A stretch of DNA of 64,000 bases from a phage. Below the pieces are notes generated by a model that worked only from the letters and a program-made list of their open reading frames with translations, did no database searches and was not told the DNA's origin. Position numbers and translations under genes: made by a program. Below are positions 42,687 through 51,916 of this stretch, piece after piece. The DNA lies in sequence record PZ445436.1; one strand, 5' to 3'. Position 1 is the first letter of the stretch; each line of letters opens with the position of its first letter.

Positions 42687-44506
42687 TACTGGCTCATCCA
42701 TTCTTTACGAAGGTCAGCATTATCTCCCATGAGCATTTCAAAAAGCTCTTTCCAGTTCTCAGGAAGTTTAACAACATCATATACTGGGTTTTGAATCATC
42801 TCACGATATTCAGATTTTTCCAAAGAGCCAAGTCCCTTAATATAACGGATGCTATGTTTAGGTAGAGCATCTTTGGCACTCTCATATTCAGCGACTGTAT
42901 AAAACCATTCTTGTTTTTTACCGACCTGAGCGATGATTACAGGAGTTTTGACAAAGCGAATTCGTCCTTGCTCAAACAATTCTGGCCAATTACTAAAAAA
43001 CCCGAGCAGAGAAGGATAAATGCTTCCTAGACCATCATGGTCAGCATCAGTCATAATAGCAATATTATGATAATTCAAGTTTTCAGCTTTTTCACCAAGA
43101 ACTAATCCAGTGATTGCGCAAATATCAAATAGTTCTTTATTTTTAAGCATATCAGCATATGACATACCCCAACTGTTGAGAACTTTACCACGCAATGGAT
43201 AACCACCATGAAGTTCTTTATCACGAACATCAATAAGATATCCGATAGCAGAATCACCCTCAGTCAAGAAAAGAGTAGTATCAGCATCTTTACCGCAAAG
43301 ATTCGCTTTGATATGTTTATGAACCTTAGCTTTAGAAGCCTTTTTAGCTGCTTTAGTTTCTGCTGCTTTTTCTGCCGCCAATTTACGAGCCAAAGCAGCT
43401 TCAATAATCGGCATTAGAATTGCTTCATTATTTAGAATAGCACGTGAAATCTTTTTAGCATCAAGTTGAATATGACTACGGATTTCACCAAATGGAGAAG
43501 TCAAACGCTCTTTAGTTTGAGAATCAAATCGCATGTTTTTCATATCACGGACAAACATAACGATAGTCAAACATTCTTTGACACGTGCTTTAGTTACATC
43601 AATTTTGAACTTACGTTTGATTTGTGGAATAAGGTCTTCACAAATATCATCCATAACACAGTCAATGTGATGGCCACCATTCTTAGTATGAATGTTATTG
43701 ACGTATGTTAATTGACGAAAACCATCTGGTGAACGACCAACCGCAATAGAACAATTTTCTTGTTCTTGAACGATAGCATGTTCATCATACTGTCGTGCGT
43801 ATTTCTTAAAATTACCCTGAACCTTTTTACCATTAAAGGTAAATTGAATATCAGGATAAACAACAGCAAGTGTCTGGAGACGATCCAGTGTAATGTCAAG
43901 ATAAACTTGGGACAGCTCATTAGTTTCAAATGACATAAAATCTGGAATGAAAGTAACACGAGTTCCTTTCCATTTTCCAGGAATAGTTTCCCAGGATTTA
44001 TTTTCCATGCCATTTGAACAACGAACTACAATATTATTTTGACCATCGCCAGTTTCACCGACAAACATCACAGAAAAAATGTTAGTTAAACTAGAACCAA
44101 CACCATTCATACCACCGGTGACACGTTCTTTATCATCACCAAAGTTACCACCCGCTTTTGGAATAGTCCAAGCAGCAACTGGACCAGGAATTTCTTCACC
44201 GGTAGGTGTTTTAACCATCGCTTGTGGAATACCACGACCGTTATCTTCAACTGTTACTTGATTGTTTTTGATAGTAACATTAATTTTATTTGCGAATTTA
44301 AACTTAGTACGAATACCTTCATCTACTGAGTTATCGATAATTTCATCAATAAGCTTAACAAGACCAGGTACATACTGAACACTTTCCCATTTACCAAACA
44401 GAAAGCGCTCATGCATTTCATTAGCAGAAGAGCCAATATACATGCCGCTACGCTTTTTGATATGTTCAATATCGCTCAGAATTTTAATTTCATTCTTAAT
44501 CATCAC
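42686..44506 (-). CDS. 39: DNA topoisomerase II large (ATPase, GyrB-like) subunit gp39, unsplit
   Basis: 606 aa continuous ORF with GHKL ATPase and Toprim regions; corresponds to T4 gp39 plus gp60 as one protein. Confidence 0.9.
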   Translation of the reverse strand: MMIKNEIKILSDIEHIKKRSGMYIGSSANEMHERFLFGKWESVQYVPGLVKLIDEIIDNSVDEGIRTKFKFANKINVTIKNNQVTVEDNGRGIPQAMVKTPTGEEIPGPVAAWTIPKAGGNFGDDKERVTGGMNGVGSSLTNIFSVMFVGETGDGQNNIVVRCSNGMENKSWETIPGKWKGTRVTFIPDFMSFETNELSQVYLDITLDRLQTLAVVYPDIQFTFNGKKVQGNFKKYARQYDEHAIVQEQENCSIAVGRSPDGFRQLTYVNNIHTKNGGHHIDCVMDDICEDLIPQIKRKFKIDVTKARVKECLTIVMFVRDMKNMRFDSQTKERLTSPFGEIRSHIQLDAKKISRAILNNEAILMPIIEAALARKLAAEKAAETKAAKKASKAKVHKHIKANLCGKDADTTLFLTEGDSAIGYLIDVRDKELHGGYPLRGKVLNSWGMSYADMLKNKELFDICAITGLVLGEKAENLNYHNIAIMTDADHDGLGSIYPSLLGFFSNWPELFEQGRIRFVKTPVIIAQVGKKQEWFYTVAEYESAKDALPKHSIRYIKGLGSLEKSEYREMIQNPVYDVVKLPENWKELFEMLMGDNADLRKEWMSQ

Positions 44507-44556
44507 TTATCCTCGTTTGGTTTCGGGAATATTATACTCCGGTAATCATAAAGCTA

Positions 44557-44574
44557 AAGGCCCGAAGGCCTTTT
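44557..44574 (-). other. hairpin upstream of gene 39
   Basis: AAAGGCC-UUCG-GGCCUUU; U-rich on both strands. Confidence 0.5.
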
Positions 44575-44842
44575 ATTTAAAACGAATAGTTGAATCCTTA
44601 AAGAACAGCCCAGAACATACTGTTCCTTCTACTTTCTGCCCAGTAGGTCCAACAGCACGAAATCCAGTATGTTGGAAATCATTTTCAGAGCAACCGAACC
44701 AGTTATATCCAGTGATTTCAATATTCGTAAAACCACTTGATGATAAAATTTTAGTTGCATTATCAGCATCAGTGCATCCTACTAAAGATACTGCTAATAC
44801 TAATGCTGCGATAGAACGATTAACATATTTCATAATTTTCAC
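44573..44842 (-). CDS. putative lipoprotein
   Basis: 89 aa; signal peptide with lipobox LVGC. Confidence 0.5.
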   Translation of the reverse strand: MKIMKYVNRSIAALVLAVSLVGCTDADNATKILSSSGFTNIEITGYNWFGCSENDFQHTGFRAVGPTGQKVEGTVCSGLFFKDSTIRFK

Positions 44843-45210
44843 TTAAATTTAATGGCTTGAAGGAGACTAATAATTCTTAAACGGCTTCTTTCATCTTTAA
44901 CTGTAAAAGAAAGAGGGTCGCCAGATTTCATAGTAATAGTGCATTCAAAATCAAAATCTTCTGTGACTTCTTCGAAGAAGTCAAATTCTTCATCATAAAT
45001 TAGAACACTACTTTGCAGACTGTGGAGAGTTTTTCCAGCATTTCCAGATGCTGTACCAATCATTGTAACATTATGACCTTTCATATCTTCAACGATAAAT
45101 TCGTTTGTCAATATTACAGCATTAATAGAACTATTCCTATTACTAACAGAAAGTAGAAATTTCTGTTCTTCACCTTCACGAATACGATATTTCTTACCAA
45201 TTTTAAACAT
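44839..45210 (-). CDS. hypothetical protein
   Basis: 123-aa ORF. Confidence 0.5.
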   Translation of the reverse strand: MFKIGKKYRIREGEEQKFLLSVSNRNSSINAVILTNEFIVEDMKGHNVTMIGTASGNAGKTLHSLQSSVLIYDEEFDFFEEVTEDFDFECTITMKSGDPLSFTVKDERSRLRIISLLQAIKFK

Positions 45211-45212
45211 AA

Positions 45213-45389
45213 TTACCCTTTAAGTAAGTCGTAAAAACCACCATTCACATGCTTAGGAGCAGAAGGCCGACGAGTAGACAGACGATGACATTTAGGGCAA
45301 ACATCATTTTCTCGTTCAGAAATCTTTTTAATTTTTTCATATTCATGCCCGCAATCTTCGGATTGGCATTTATAATCATACATTGGCAT
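45213..45389 (-). CDS. possible 58-aa zinc-ribbon protein (FmdB-like CxxC...CxxC)
   Basis: MPMYDYKCQSEDCGHEYEKIKKISERENDVCPKCHRLS...; below track cutoff. Confidence 0.4.
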   Translation of the reverse strand: MPMYDYKCQSEDCGHEYEKIKKISERENDVCPKCHRLSTRRPSAPKHVNGGFYDLLKG

Positions 45390-45391
45390 AA

Positions 45392-45817
45392 TTATTCCTT
45401 AAAATGTGCTTTCAACATCTGATACAAGGACCATGCATGTTCATTATTTTCAATAGTAACTTTCATGACCGGGAATTCTGTGAAATCTTCTATTTGTTCT
45501 TGCTCTTTCTCTTCCTGCTCTTGCTCTTCGGCTGCCTGGTATGGATTTTCCACTTCATCAAAGAACACAGCTTCGCTCGTTGAAAGCCAGATAAAATCTT
45601 CATCCAAAATATCTTTACCAGAAGATAACGCCAATTTTCCACTAGATGTCACAAGTTTAGTAGGACGACCAAGATAGTCAATATCTGTAACTCTAAAAGG
45701 TTCCATACCAAGACGACGTGCATAAATTCCGTTTTCAGTATGGTCCTTGATAAAATCTTCTTGAGCTTGTTTATTTTTAAATTGATACCATTTATTAACT
45801 TCAAATTTAATAGCCAT
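45392..45817 (-). CDS. hypothetical acidic protein (goF-like by size and position)
   Basis: 141-aa ORF. Confidence 0.4.
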   Translation of the reverse strand: MAIKFEVNKWYQFKNKQAQEDFIKDHTENGIYARRLGMEPFRVTDIDYLGRPTKLVTSSGKLALSSGKDILDEDFIWLSTSEAVFFDEVENPYQAAEEQEQEEKEQEQIEDFTEFPVMKVTIENNEHAWSLYQMLKAHFKE

Positions 45818-46032
45818 TAATAAGTTTCCTTCCAGTAAGTTGTGCCATCTTCAGTAATTTCACGAAATACACCGTAAATTGGTTGTTTATCACCAACCTT
45901 TTCATACACATAAACCGAAGTCAAGTGAGTAAACTTAACGGTATGTTCTTTTTGAACTACTACCAAATCTGGATCGAATAGTACATCTTCAAATTCGTCA
46001 TTAGTGCAATTCTGAACAATTTTACGTTTCAT
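45817..46032 (-). CDS. hypothetical protein (cef-like by size and position)
   Basis: 71-aa ORF. Confidence 0.4.
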   Translation of the reverse strand: MKRKIVQNCTNDEFEDVLFDPDLVVVQKEHTVKFTHLTSVYVYEKVGDKQPIYGVFREITEDGTTYWKETY

Positions 46033-46045
46033 TACAATTTCCTCA

Positions 46046-46327
46046 TTAATTGAACAGTGGAGCGATGCGTTTCAGAAGAGTAGCAGCACCTTTAGCGAAT
46101 TTTACATCATGAAAAACAGTTTCTTCTTCCGTTACAACACGAGCTTTAATGTTTTCACAATCCCAATTTTTGCGAACAATCTTCAAAAGCTGCAGTAAAT
46201 CTTTACATTCAGCAATATCGATAACACATCCACGAGAATCTTCCATTATCGCACGATAACCGTAAGCCATACCATAATCATTGAAAGATTGCTCGATGAT
46301 AATTAAATTTTCCATTTTATTCTCCAA
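46046..46327 (-). CDS. hypothetical protein
   Basis: 93-aa ORF. Confidence 0.5.
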   Translation of the reverse strand: MENKMENLIIIEQSFNDYGMAYGYRAIMEDSRGCVIDIAECKDLLQLLKIVRKNWDCENIKARVVTEEETVFHDVKFAKGAATLLKRIAPLFN

Positions 46328-46412
46328 GTTGTTTTCTGTATCAGTAGTTGATATTGATATAGTACCATAATCAACTACTGATGTATATAGTTTTATGAAA
46401 AAATTTTAAACT

Positions 46413-46904
46413 TTATGCATAGCGAGCTTTGCTATAGTGTTTAATCCAACTTTCAGGAATGACTTTGTATGTTCCTAAAAATACCGCGTTGTATAACTTA
46501 ACGCCATCTTCTACCCATTGATCAGTAATGTATGCACACATAGCGCGAGTACGGTTAACAACACCTTCCTCACCTTCAGTAAATTCAAACTCATAAGGAG
46601 CAACGAACTTAATAGCCTGACCGAGTTTCCACTTAAAGTCTACACCTACATGCGAAGTATCAATCGTTTCAATTCCTTTAGCAGGAACAGCTTTCAAAAA
46701 CGCAGATTCAAGAAATTTCGCACGAACATAGCCAAACTGAGGTTTAGACTTTCCATCTTTAGGAATGATACGCACTTTTACTTCAGAATCTTCATCTTTA
46801 ACACCGTGTTTAAGCTGAATGCTTACAACTTCGACCAATTTTCCTGCCGCTTTAGAGCGGGATTTATCAGATACACGAGCTAATTCACCAATATTAATAA
46901 TCAT
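46413..46904 (-). CDS. hypothetical protein (motB-like by size and position)
   Basis: 163-aa ORF; C-terminal motif DQWVEDGVKLYNAV shared with next ORF. Confidence 0.45.
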   Translation of the reverse strand: MIINIGELARVSDKSRSKAAGKLVEVVSIQLKHGVKDEDSEVKVRIIPKDGKSKPQFGYVRAKFLESAFLKAVPAKGIETIDTSHVGVDFKWKLGQAIKFVAPYEFEFTEGEEGVVNRTRAMCAYITDQWVEDGVKLYNAVFLGTYKVIPESWIKHYSKARYA

Positions 46905-46948
46905 AGTTATCTCTCACTTGTTAAAAAGATTTTATACTCCACGGGACC

Positions 46949-46978
46949 ATTATACTCTGGTCCCAAGAGTTTGTAAAC
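46949..46978 (-). promoter_or_regulatory. T4 early-type promoter
   Basis: GTTTAC, 18 nt, TATAAT; -10 inside GGGACCA/TGGTCCC inverted repeat. Confidence 0.6.
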
Positions 46979-47415
46979 TAGCTTACACGAACATTAATCA
47001 CTGCGCTGCGAGGAACTACAGAGTACTCTCCAGCATGAACTACGTTCAGAAGTTCAACACCATCTTCAATCCACTGATCAGTCACCCATCCACCCACAGG
47101 ATTCGCGAATGGACGACGAATATAAACTGCCTTACACAGTAGATCAGTTGGATCTTCAGGTTTTTCAATTTCTGTCAATAGACTAAAATCTTTTTCATAA
47201 ATAATAAGCGGTGATACCATTCCATAATAGTTTCTAATTTCAATATACATCATACCGATAAGAATTCCGCTATTAACACTAATAACAGTAAAAGGATATC
47301 CGCCAGTTAAAGCAAGAAGTTCACAAAACTTATTATGAGCTGTATTAGACAGTACCGGAAAATTCTTAATTTCATCAAATTTTTTCAATTGATAAACAGC
47401 ATTATTTTTAATCAT
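46978..47415 (-). CDS. hypothetical protein, paralogous C-terminus to 46413..46904
   Basis: 145 aa; DQWIEDGVELLNVV. Confidence 0.45.
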   Translation of the reverse strand: MIKNNAVYQLKKFDEIKNFPVLSNTAHNKFCELLALTGGYPFTVISVNSGILIGMMYIEIRNYYGMVSPLIIYEKDFSLLTEIEKPEDPTDLLCKAVYIRRPFANPVGGWVTDQWIEDGVELLNVVHAGEYSVVPRSAVINVRVS

Positions 47416-47425
47416 AATTTTCTCT

Positions 47426-47938
47426 TTAATCTAAGGTAATAAAGCCTTTTAATTCGGCATGCGATTTGCGGAACATTACTTGATGTCCGCCAATGATAAC
47501 TTGGTCATCTGGCACTTCATAAATCGCAATGTACATTCCACGTTCTTTTAAGTCTTCACGCTCTTCTCGAGTGAACCATCTCATCATATCATATTCACTA
47601 GCGAAAGCAAAATGATATAATGCAATAAACCATAATGGAATATAATTTTCAATTCGTGAATAATCTTTATTCCATTTAGTTTTAATAACATCATTAGCAT
47701 TTTCAACTAATAACTTATCATCGTGTGGAATAGGAATACTTTCATGGCTTTCATAATTATCGCTATGATGATGAAATGATGATGAATTAATACCACAAAA
47801 TTTTAACCAAGTTCGAGTTTTCATAGAATCAAATCCACGATAAGGAGTTGATTGAACGCATAACTCTTGCCTAATTTTCATTATACCACTATCATCATTT
47901 AATGCACTAAACGATGATTCAACACGATAAATTTTCAT
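47426..47938 (-). CDS. hypothetical protein
   Basis: 170 aa from ATG 47936-47938 with GAGGA SD; promoter -10 lies inside longer track ORF. Confidence 0.5.
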   Translation of the reverse strand: MKIYRVESSFSALNDDSGIMKIRQELCVQSTPYRGFDSMKTRTWLKFCGINSSSFHHHSDNYESHESIPIPHDDKLLVENANDVIKTKWNKDYSRIENYIPLWFIALYHFAFASEYDMMRWFTREEREDLKERGMYIAIYEVPDDQVIIGGHQVMFRKSHAELKGFITLD

Positions 47939-47965
47939 TTTATTATCCTCAGTAGCTATGGTGTT

Positions 47966-47995
47966 ATAATACCACAACTAACCGAGGAAGTAAAC
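47966..47995 (-). promoter_or_regulatory. T4 early-type promoter
   Basis: GTTTAC, 18 nt, TGGTATTAT. Confidence 0.6.
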
Positions 47996-48001
47996 AACTT
48001 T

Positions 48002-48685
48002 TTATCGTTTTGTTGGAAGAGATAGAGGATCGCATTCTTCCTCTGATGGAGCATCTTCAAGACCCATAGCATATCGCAAAGCATACTTCATCATCAGGAT
48101 GTCTTTCGCACAGTCATGAATAGAATCATGCGCAACGAATCCATCTAAAGTTCCTTTTGGAAGAGGACACGTGGTCATATCACGAACAAGCAGAAGTGCT
48201 TCAATTCTGGTACGAATATCACGCTGATTCCAGAATTTACAAGGTTCTAACTTAAATGTGTCAAGCTCATTCTCGGAAACGCCGTTAAGACGTTGAATAT
48301 CGCGAATGAGATCGACTAAAATTGGAAAATCAAACGACATTCCACGGCACCAACCTTGAGATTTCCAAGGATCGATATTATGTGCATTGATGTAATCATT
48401 AAATTTTGCAATACCATCGATAGTGCTTACATCTTCATCGGATGGTGCAATATTTTTTCGAGCTTCAGGAGACTGATTTTTCCACCATTCGATAGTGCTT
48501 TTAGTAAAAAGACGATGTCCTTTTTGGCTTTTTAAATCAAATTTGATTTTAATGCCACGTGAAACTAATTCATCAAATGTTTCAACTACTTCTGGGTTAG
48601 GGTCAAAAGCAATTACAGCCAAATCAATAACAGCTGCTTTTTCACCGCTTCCCATTGTTTCAAAATCTATAATAAAATCAAACAT
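48002..48685 (-). CDS. dexA: exonuclease A (DnaQ-like 3'-5' exonuclease)
   Basis: 227 aa; N-terminal DFET exo motif; T4 DexA length. Confidence 0.85.
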   Translation of the reverse strand: MFDFIIDFETMGSGEKAAVIDLAVIAFDPNPEVVETFDELVSRGIKIKFDLKSQKGHRLFTKSTIEWWKNQSPEARKNIAPSDEDVSTIDGIAKFNDYINAHNIDPWKSQGWCRGMSFDFPILVDLIRDIQRLNGVSENELDTFKLEPCKFWNQRDIRTRIEALLLVRDMTTCPLPKGTLDGFVAHDSIHDCAKDILMMKYALRYAMGLEDAPSEEECDPLSLPTKR

Positions 48686-48942
48686 TAAATTTTCCTCGCT
48701 AAATCACGAATTTGACCTACAGTATAGTCTTGAATATAAACTTTATTGATAGGCTCATCAATAAATTTTGCCATAGATTCAATGTCTTTTTGTATTTCTT
48801 CAAGACTGTATACTATCTTTAAAGCTTTTTCGCGAATAGTAATATTTTCAGGACCCTGATTTTCTTCAATGACAGCTTTAACATTTGTCATAAGAGATTT
48901 AAACTGGTACCAACTCAACTCAATCATTAATAATCGCCTCAT
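48685..48942 (-). CDS. hypothetical small protein (paralog family member 1)
   Basis: 85 aa; shares LEEIqkDi...V.I.DY..G.I pattern with next ORF. Confidence 0.5.
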   Translation of the reverse strand: MRRLLMIELSWYQFKSLMTNVKAVIEENQGPENITIREKALKIVYSLEEIQKDIESMAKFIDEPINKVYIQDYTVGQIRDLARKI

Positions 48943-49180
48943 AAAGATAGCTAATTTCGCCTAAAACGTAATCACTGATTGTAACAGTTTTCACTTCACC
49001 GCAAAAGAATTCTAACGCAATTAAATCTCGTTCAATTTCTTCTAATTGAAGCATCAACTTATTAGATTCAATTTTTACAGTTTCACGATTTTTACCATGA
49101 GCAATTTCATAAATTTCGCTCACTTTATCTTGAAGCAGATAAAACTGATCTTTAGTTATTTCCACGAATAGCTTCCTCAA
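48920..49180 (-). CDS. hypothetical small protein (paralog family member 2)
   Basis: 86 aa. Confidence 0.5.
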   Translation of the reverse strand: MRKLFVEITKDQFYLLQDKVSEIYEIAHGKNRETVKIESNKLMLQLEEIERDLIALEFFCGEVKTVTISDYVLGEISYLYEAIIND

Positions 49181-49412
49181 ATTTAATTAGTAATTTACAG
49201 ACACTTTCATCTAGTGTAATTACCGTATCTGTATTACTGTGATATGATTGTTTTTCAATTCGTTTAATTGCTAATATAGTATCACTTATAAGATAAAGCT
49301 TATGAAGGAGCTCAGCTCCTGTTACCATAACATCGAGATTATCTTGCTTATTAGTATGCTTCCTTATACCATCTATTAGACGATTTAAATATTTTGAATT
49401 GATGTTAATCAT
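49152..49412 (-). CDS. hypothetical small protein (possible member 3)
   Basis: 86 aa, weaker similarity. Confidence 0.45.
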   Translation of the reverse strand: MININSKYLNRLIDGIRKHTNKQDNLDVMVTGAELLHKLYLISDTILAIKRIEKQSYHSNTDTVITLDESVCKLLIKFEEAIRGNN

Positions 49413-49418
49413 ATAGCC

Positions 49419-50738
49419 TCACACATAAAATACATCATAACGACCACGAGTTACACCAACATAAAGAAGTTGTTGGGCCAATTCAGCATCTGCATAATGA
49501 ATACAAGGCGTATAAATGAAAGCACGGTCTACAGACATACCCTGAGCTTTATGGAATGTTGATGCAGGAAGTGCTTTCACTTTACTAAACTGTGATTTAG
49601 CATCCCAAAAATCACTCCATGGAGCTTTTCCGCCTTTGTTCCAATTTTTATAAGTTTCTGCCGTTTTACCTAAAAATAGGTTAAACTTATACAATTCTTC
49701 ATCAGATGAAATTATTTTAATCTTTTCACGATAATATTCATCATCGCCGTAAGTTTCTACTGTTAAATCCCAATGACGAATTAAGTATTCTCCAGGAACA
49801 CCACGGGCTTTAACAAACGTTGATGTATACTCTGCTTCTATAATACGAACTAATTGTCCGTTATTAAAAATAATTTCTGACACAGGCTTTCCATCAATTT
49901 TATATGTTTTAATTAATGGTTCCTGCATTACAATAATTTCACCTACAATAAAATCTTTATCAGTTTCAAAAATCTTTTTACGAATAATGCTATTTAACTT
50001 GTCAACAGATTTATTCGTAAATGCCATTACGCGATTTTCAAACAAATCATCTAGAGATTTGACGATTGAAAAATAATTTACCATAAAATCGCGTAAAGCG
50101 GTATCACCTGTAAATCCACGTACTCCATGCCCGTCAACAACTTTATCATAAATCCACTTACCGTTGCGAACATCAGTAGCTACATCAATAATAGGAGCAT
50201 TACTGCGTTTAACTTCAGTAAGTTCACACTGATAAAAATCTTTGTGTGTAAAGAATGGACTGATATAAGCAGTATTTTCTCCTGGATCAACAGGTCTAAT
50301 TTGCTTATTATCCCCTATTCCAATTATAGTACACCAAGGTGGAATAGTTGAAAGCAGAATTTTAAATAGCTTTCTATCATACATTGACACTTCGTCGCAG
50401 ATTAATACCCTGCATTTAGCTAAATCTGGTACTTCCTTCTGTTCAAAAAGAACGTTTTCTTCATACGTAACTGGGTTAATTTTAAGAATACTGTGAATAG
50501 TACTCGCTTCTTTCCCCGACAGTTTTGAAAGAATCTTTTTAGCTGCATGTGTAGGAGCTGCCAAAATGATACCAGTTTCGCCTGTTGATATTAAAGCTTC
50601 AATGATGAACTTAGTAAGAGTAGTCTTACCGGTACCAGCAGGTCCATTAATAGTTACATGATGTTTCTTTTCTTTAATAGCCTTCATAACAATGTTAAAG
50701 GCATTTTTCTGGCCTTCGGTCAAATCATCAAATGTCAT
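49419..50738 (-). CDS. dda: Dda DNA helicase (SF1B)
   Basis: 439 aa; Walker A GPAGTGKT; T4 Dda length. Confidence 0.9.
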   Translation of the reverse strand: MTFDDLTEGQKNAFNIVMKAIKEKKHHVTINGPAGTGKTTLTKFIIEALISTGETGIILAAPTHAAKKILSKLSGKEASTIHSILKINPVTYEENVLFEQKEVPDLAKCRVLICDEVSMYDRKLFKILLSTIPPWCTIIGIGDNKQIRPVDPGENTAYISPFFTHKDFYQCELTEVKRSNAPIIDVATDVRNGKWIYDKVVDGHGVRGFTGDTALRDFMVNYFSIVKSLDDLFENRVMAFTNKSVDKLNSIIRKKIFETDKDFIVGEIIVMQEPLIKTYKIDGKPVSEIIFNNGQLVRIIEAEYTSTFVKARGVPGEYLIRHWDLTVETYGDDEYYREKIKIISSDEELYKFNLFLGKTAETYKNWNKGGKAPWSDFWDAKSQFSKVKALPASTFHKAQGMSVDRAFIYTPCIHYADAELAQQLLYVGVTRGRYDVFYV

Positions 50739-51046
50739 CGGAAAGTCCCTGCAATTGGAATACTAACAATACGCCCAGTATCTAGAATTCGTTGATATAA
50801 TCTTTGTGTATCTACATCAGGCTTAACATGTTTAACTTCTATTTTATTAAACCAAAATTTACGTGGAGTCTCAACTAATCTTGGAATTCCCTTACCTAAA
50901 GCTAGTTGATACTGCTCTTTAAGAGTGGTAAATACTTTGTCAGCAATATTCCATTCAAAAAATACAGCAGGACGATGTTCATCAAGCGGAACTGGCGCCG
51001 TAAATCCGTCTTTGTCTCGGTAAACTATCGCATATACATAAACCAT
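50735..51046 (-). CDS. hypothetical protein (dda.1-like)
   Basis: 103-aa ORF, ATGA overlap. Confidence 0.5.
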   Translation of the reverse strand: MVYVYAIVYRDKDGFTAPVPLDEHRPAVFFEWNIADKVFTTLKEQYQLALGKGIPRLVETPRKFWFNKIEVKHVKPDVDTQRLYQRILDTGRIVSIPIAGTFR

Positions 51047-51047
51047 A

Positions 51048-51794
51048 TTATCCTCGGATAAGTTTAAAAATTGAACAATTTAGCGGGTATCCTCTTTTTA
51101 ATTTGAGTTTATCAATAAATGATAAGTTTTGAAACCGCTCTACACCTTGAATAATTTTATCACACATATCATATTGCATTTCTGCTTCTGACAACTTTTT
51201 CACAGTTTTCCAATCCGAGCCTTTAAGAAGAACGTTCAATTTAACAACTTCAGCGCCTTCTGCTATACGAGAACCATCAATACGAGCTTTAAGTGCTATA
51301 ATTCTTAGCTTAATGTCAGAGGTCTGTTTTGATTTAGAAAGCTGAGAAATGTGTTCAATTCGGTTTTCACGTTTTTTCTGTATAGCTTTAATTTGATTAT
51401 AAGTCTTTTTGATTTTAGCCCATTTCTTTTCATCTAAATTTAGTTTATGAACTTTTTTCGCAGATGAACGACCAATTCGCAAAGCAAATAAATCACGCTT
51501 TTCAATCAACTCTTCTAAAGTATAATCAGAACGAAATGTATTATACTTTTTCTTTACTGCAATAACATTCCCTTTAATGTATCCAACGTTATTATCAAAA
51601 CGTTCTAATGATAATTTCTCTCCTTCAATACGATTATCAAAAGGTTCTCCCGAGTAAGCGCAAACTTTTTGATCTAAAATGTTCTTAATGTAATTGAAGT
51701 CTAAGTTAAAATCTTTAGAACGTCTTTTTGCAGATGCCTGGGTATGCTCTAGACGACGTTTAATTTTACGAATTTGGTTATTAGACAGCTTCAT
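51048..51794 (-). CDS. basic protein, Srd-like by position and size
   Basis: 248 aa between dda.1 and modA; early promoter upstream; a short HNH-like patch is present but lacks the zinc ligands. Confidence 0.4.
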   Translation of the reverse strand: MKLSNNQIRKIKRRLEHTQASAKRRSKDFNLDFNYIKNILDQKVCAYSGEPFDNRIEGEKLSLERFDNNVGYIKGNVIAVKKKYNTFRSDYTLEELIEKRDLFALRIGRSSAKKVHKLNLDEKKWAKIKKTYNQIKAIQKKRENRIEHISQLSKSKQTSDIKLRIIALKARIDGSRIAEGAEVVKLNVLLKGSDWKTVKKLSEAEMQYDMCDKIIQGVERFQNLSFIDKLKLKRGYPLNCSIFKLIRG

Positions 51795-51830
51795 ATTTTT
51801 CTCACATCTTACGGACGGTTAACTACTTAT

Positions 51831-51860
51831 ACTATAACATTTTTACTTTAACTTGTAAAC
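51831..51860 (-). promoter_or_regulatory. T4 early-type promoter for the srd-like gene
   Basis: GTTTAC, 18 nt, TGTTATAGT. Confidence 0.6.
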
Positions 51861-51874
51861 AACTTTATGAAAAA

Positions 51875-51899
51875 TGCTTTAAAACTTTCATGGTATAAT
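51875..51899 (+). promoter_or_regulatory. MotA-box middle-promoter-like motif on plus strand, antisense to modA
   Basis: AAAATGCTTTA, 12-nt spacer, TGGTATAAT; nearest plus-strand target is the antisense of modA. Confidence 0.4.
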
Positions 51900-51916
51900 G
51901 AATCTAAGTCCTTCCA

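Noticed and set aside
46357-46411. Early promoter call for the 46342-46380 palindromic site
   Set aside because: Has the conserved -10 and leader block but no GTTTAC -35; kept only as part of the promoter-module observation.
51048-51794. Calling this ORF an HNH homing endonuclease or mobile element
   Set aside because: Only a short HNH-like patch, no zinc ligands, and position and size fit the Srd locus; evidence insufficient for a mobile-element call.
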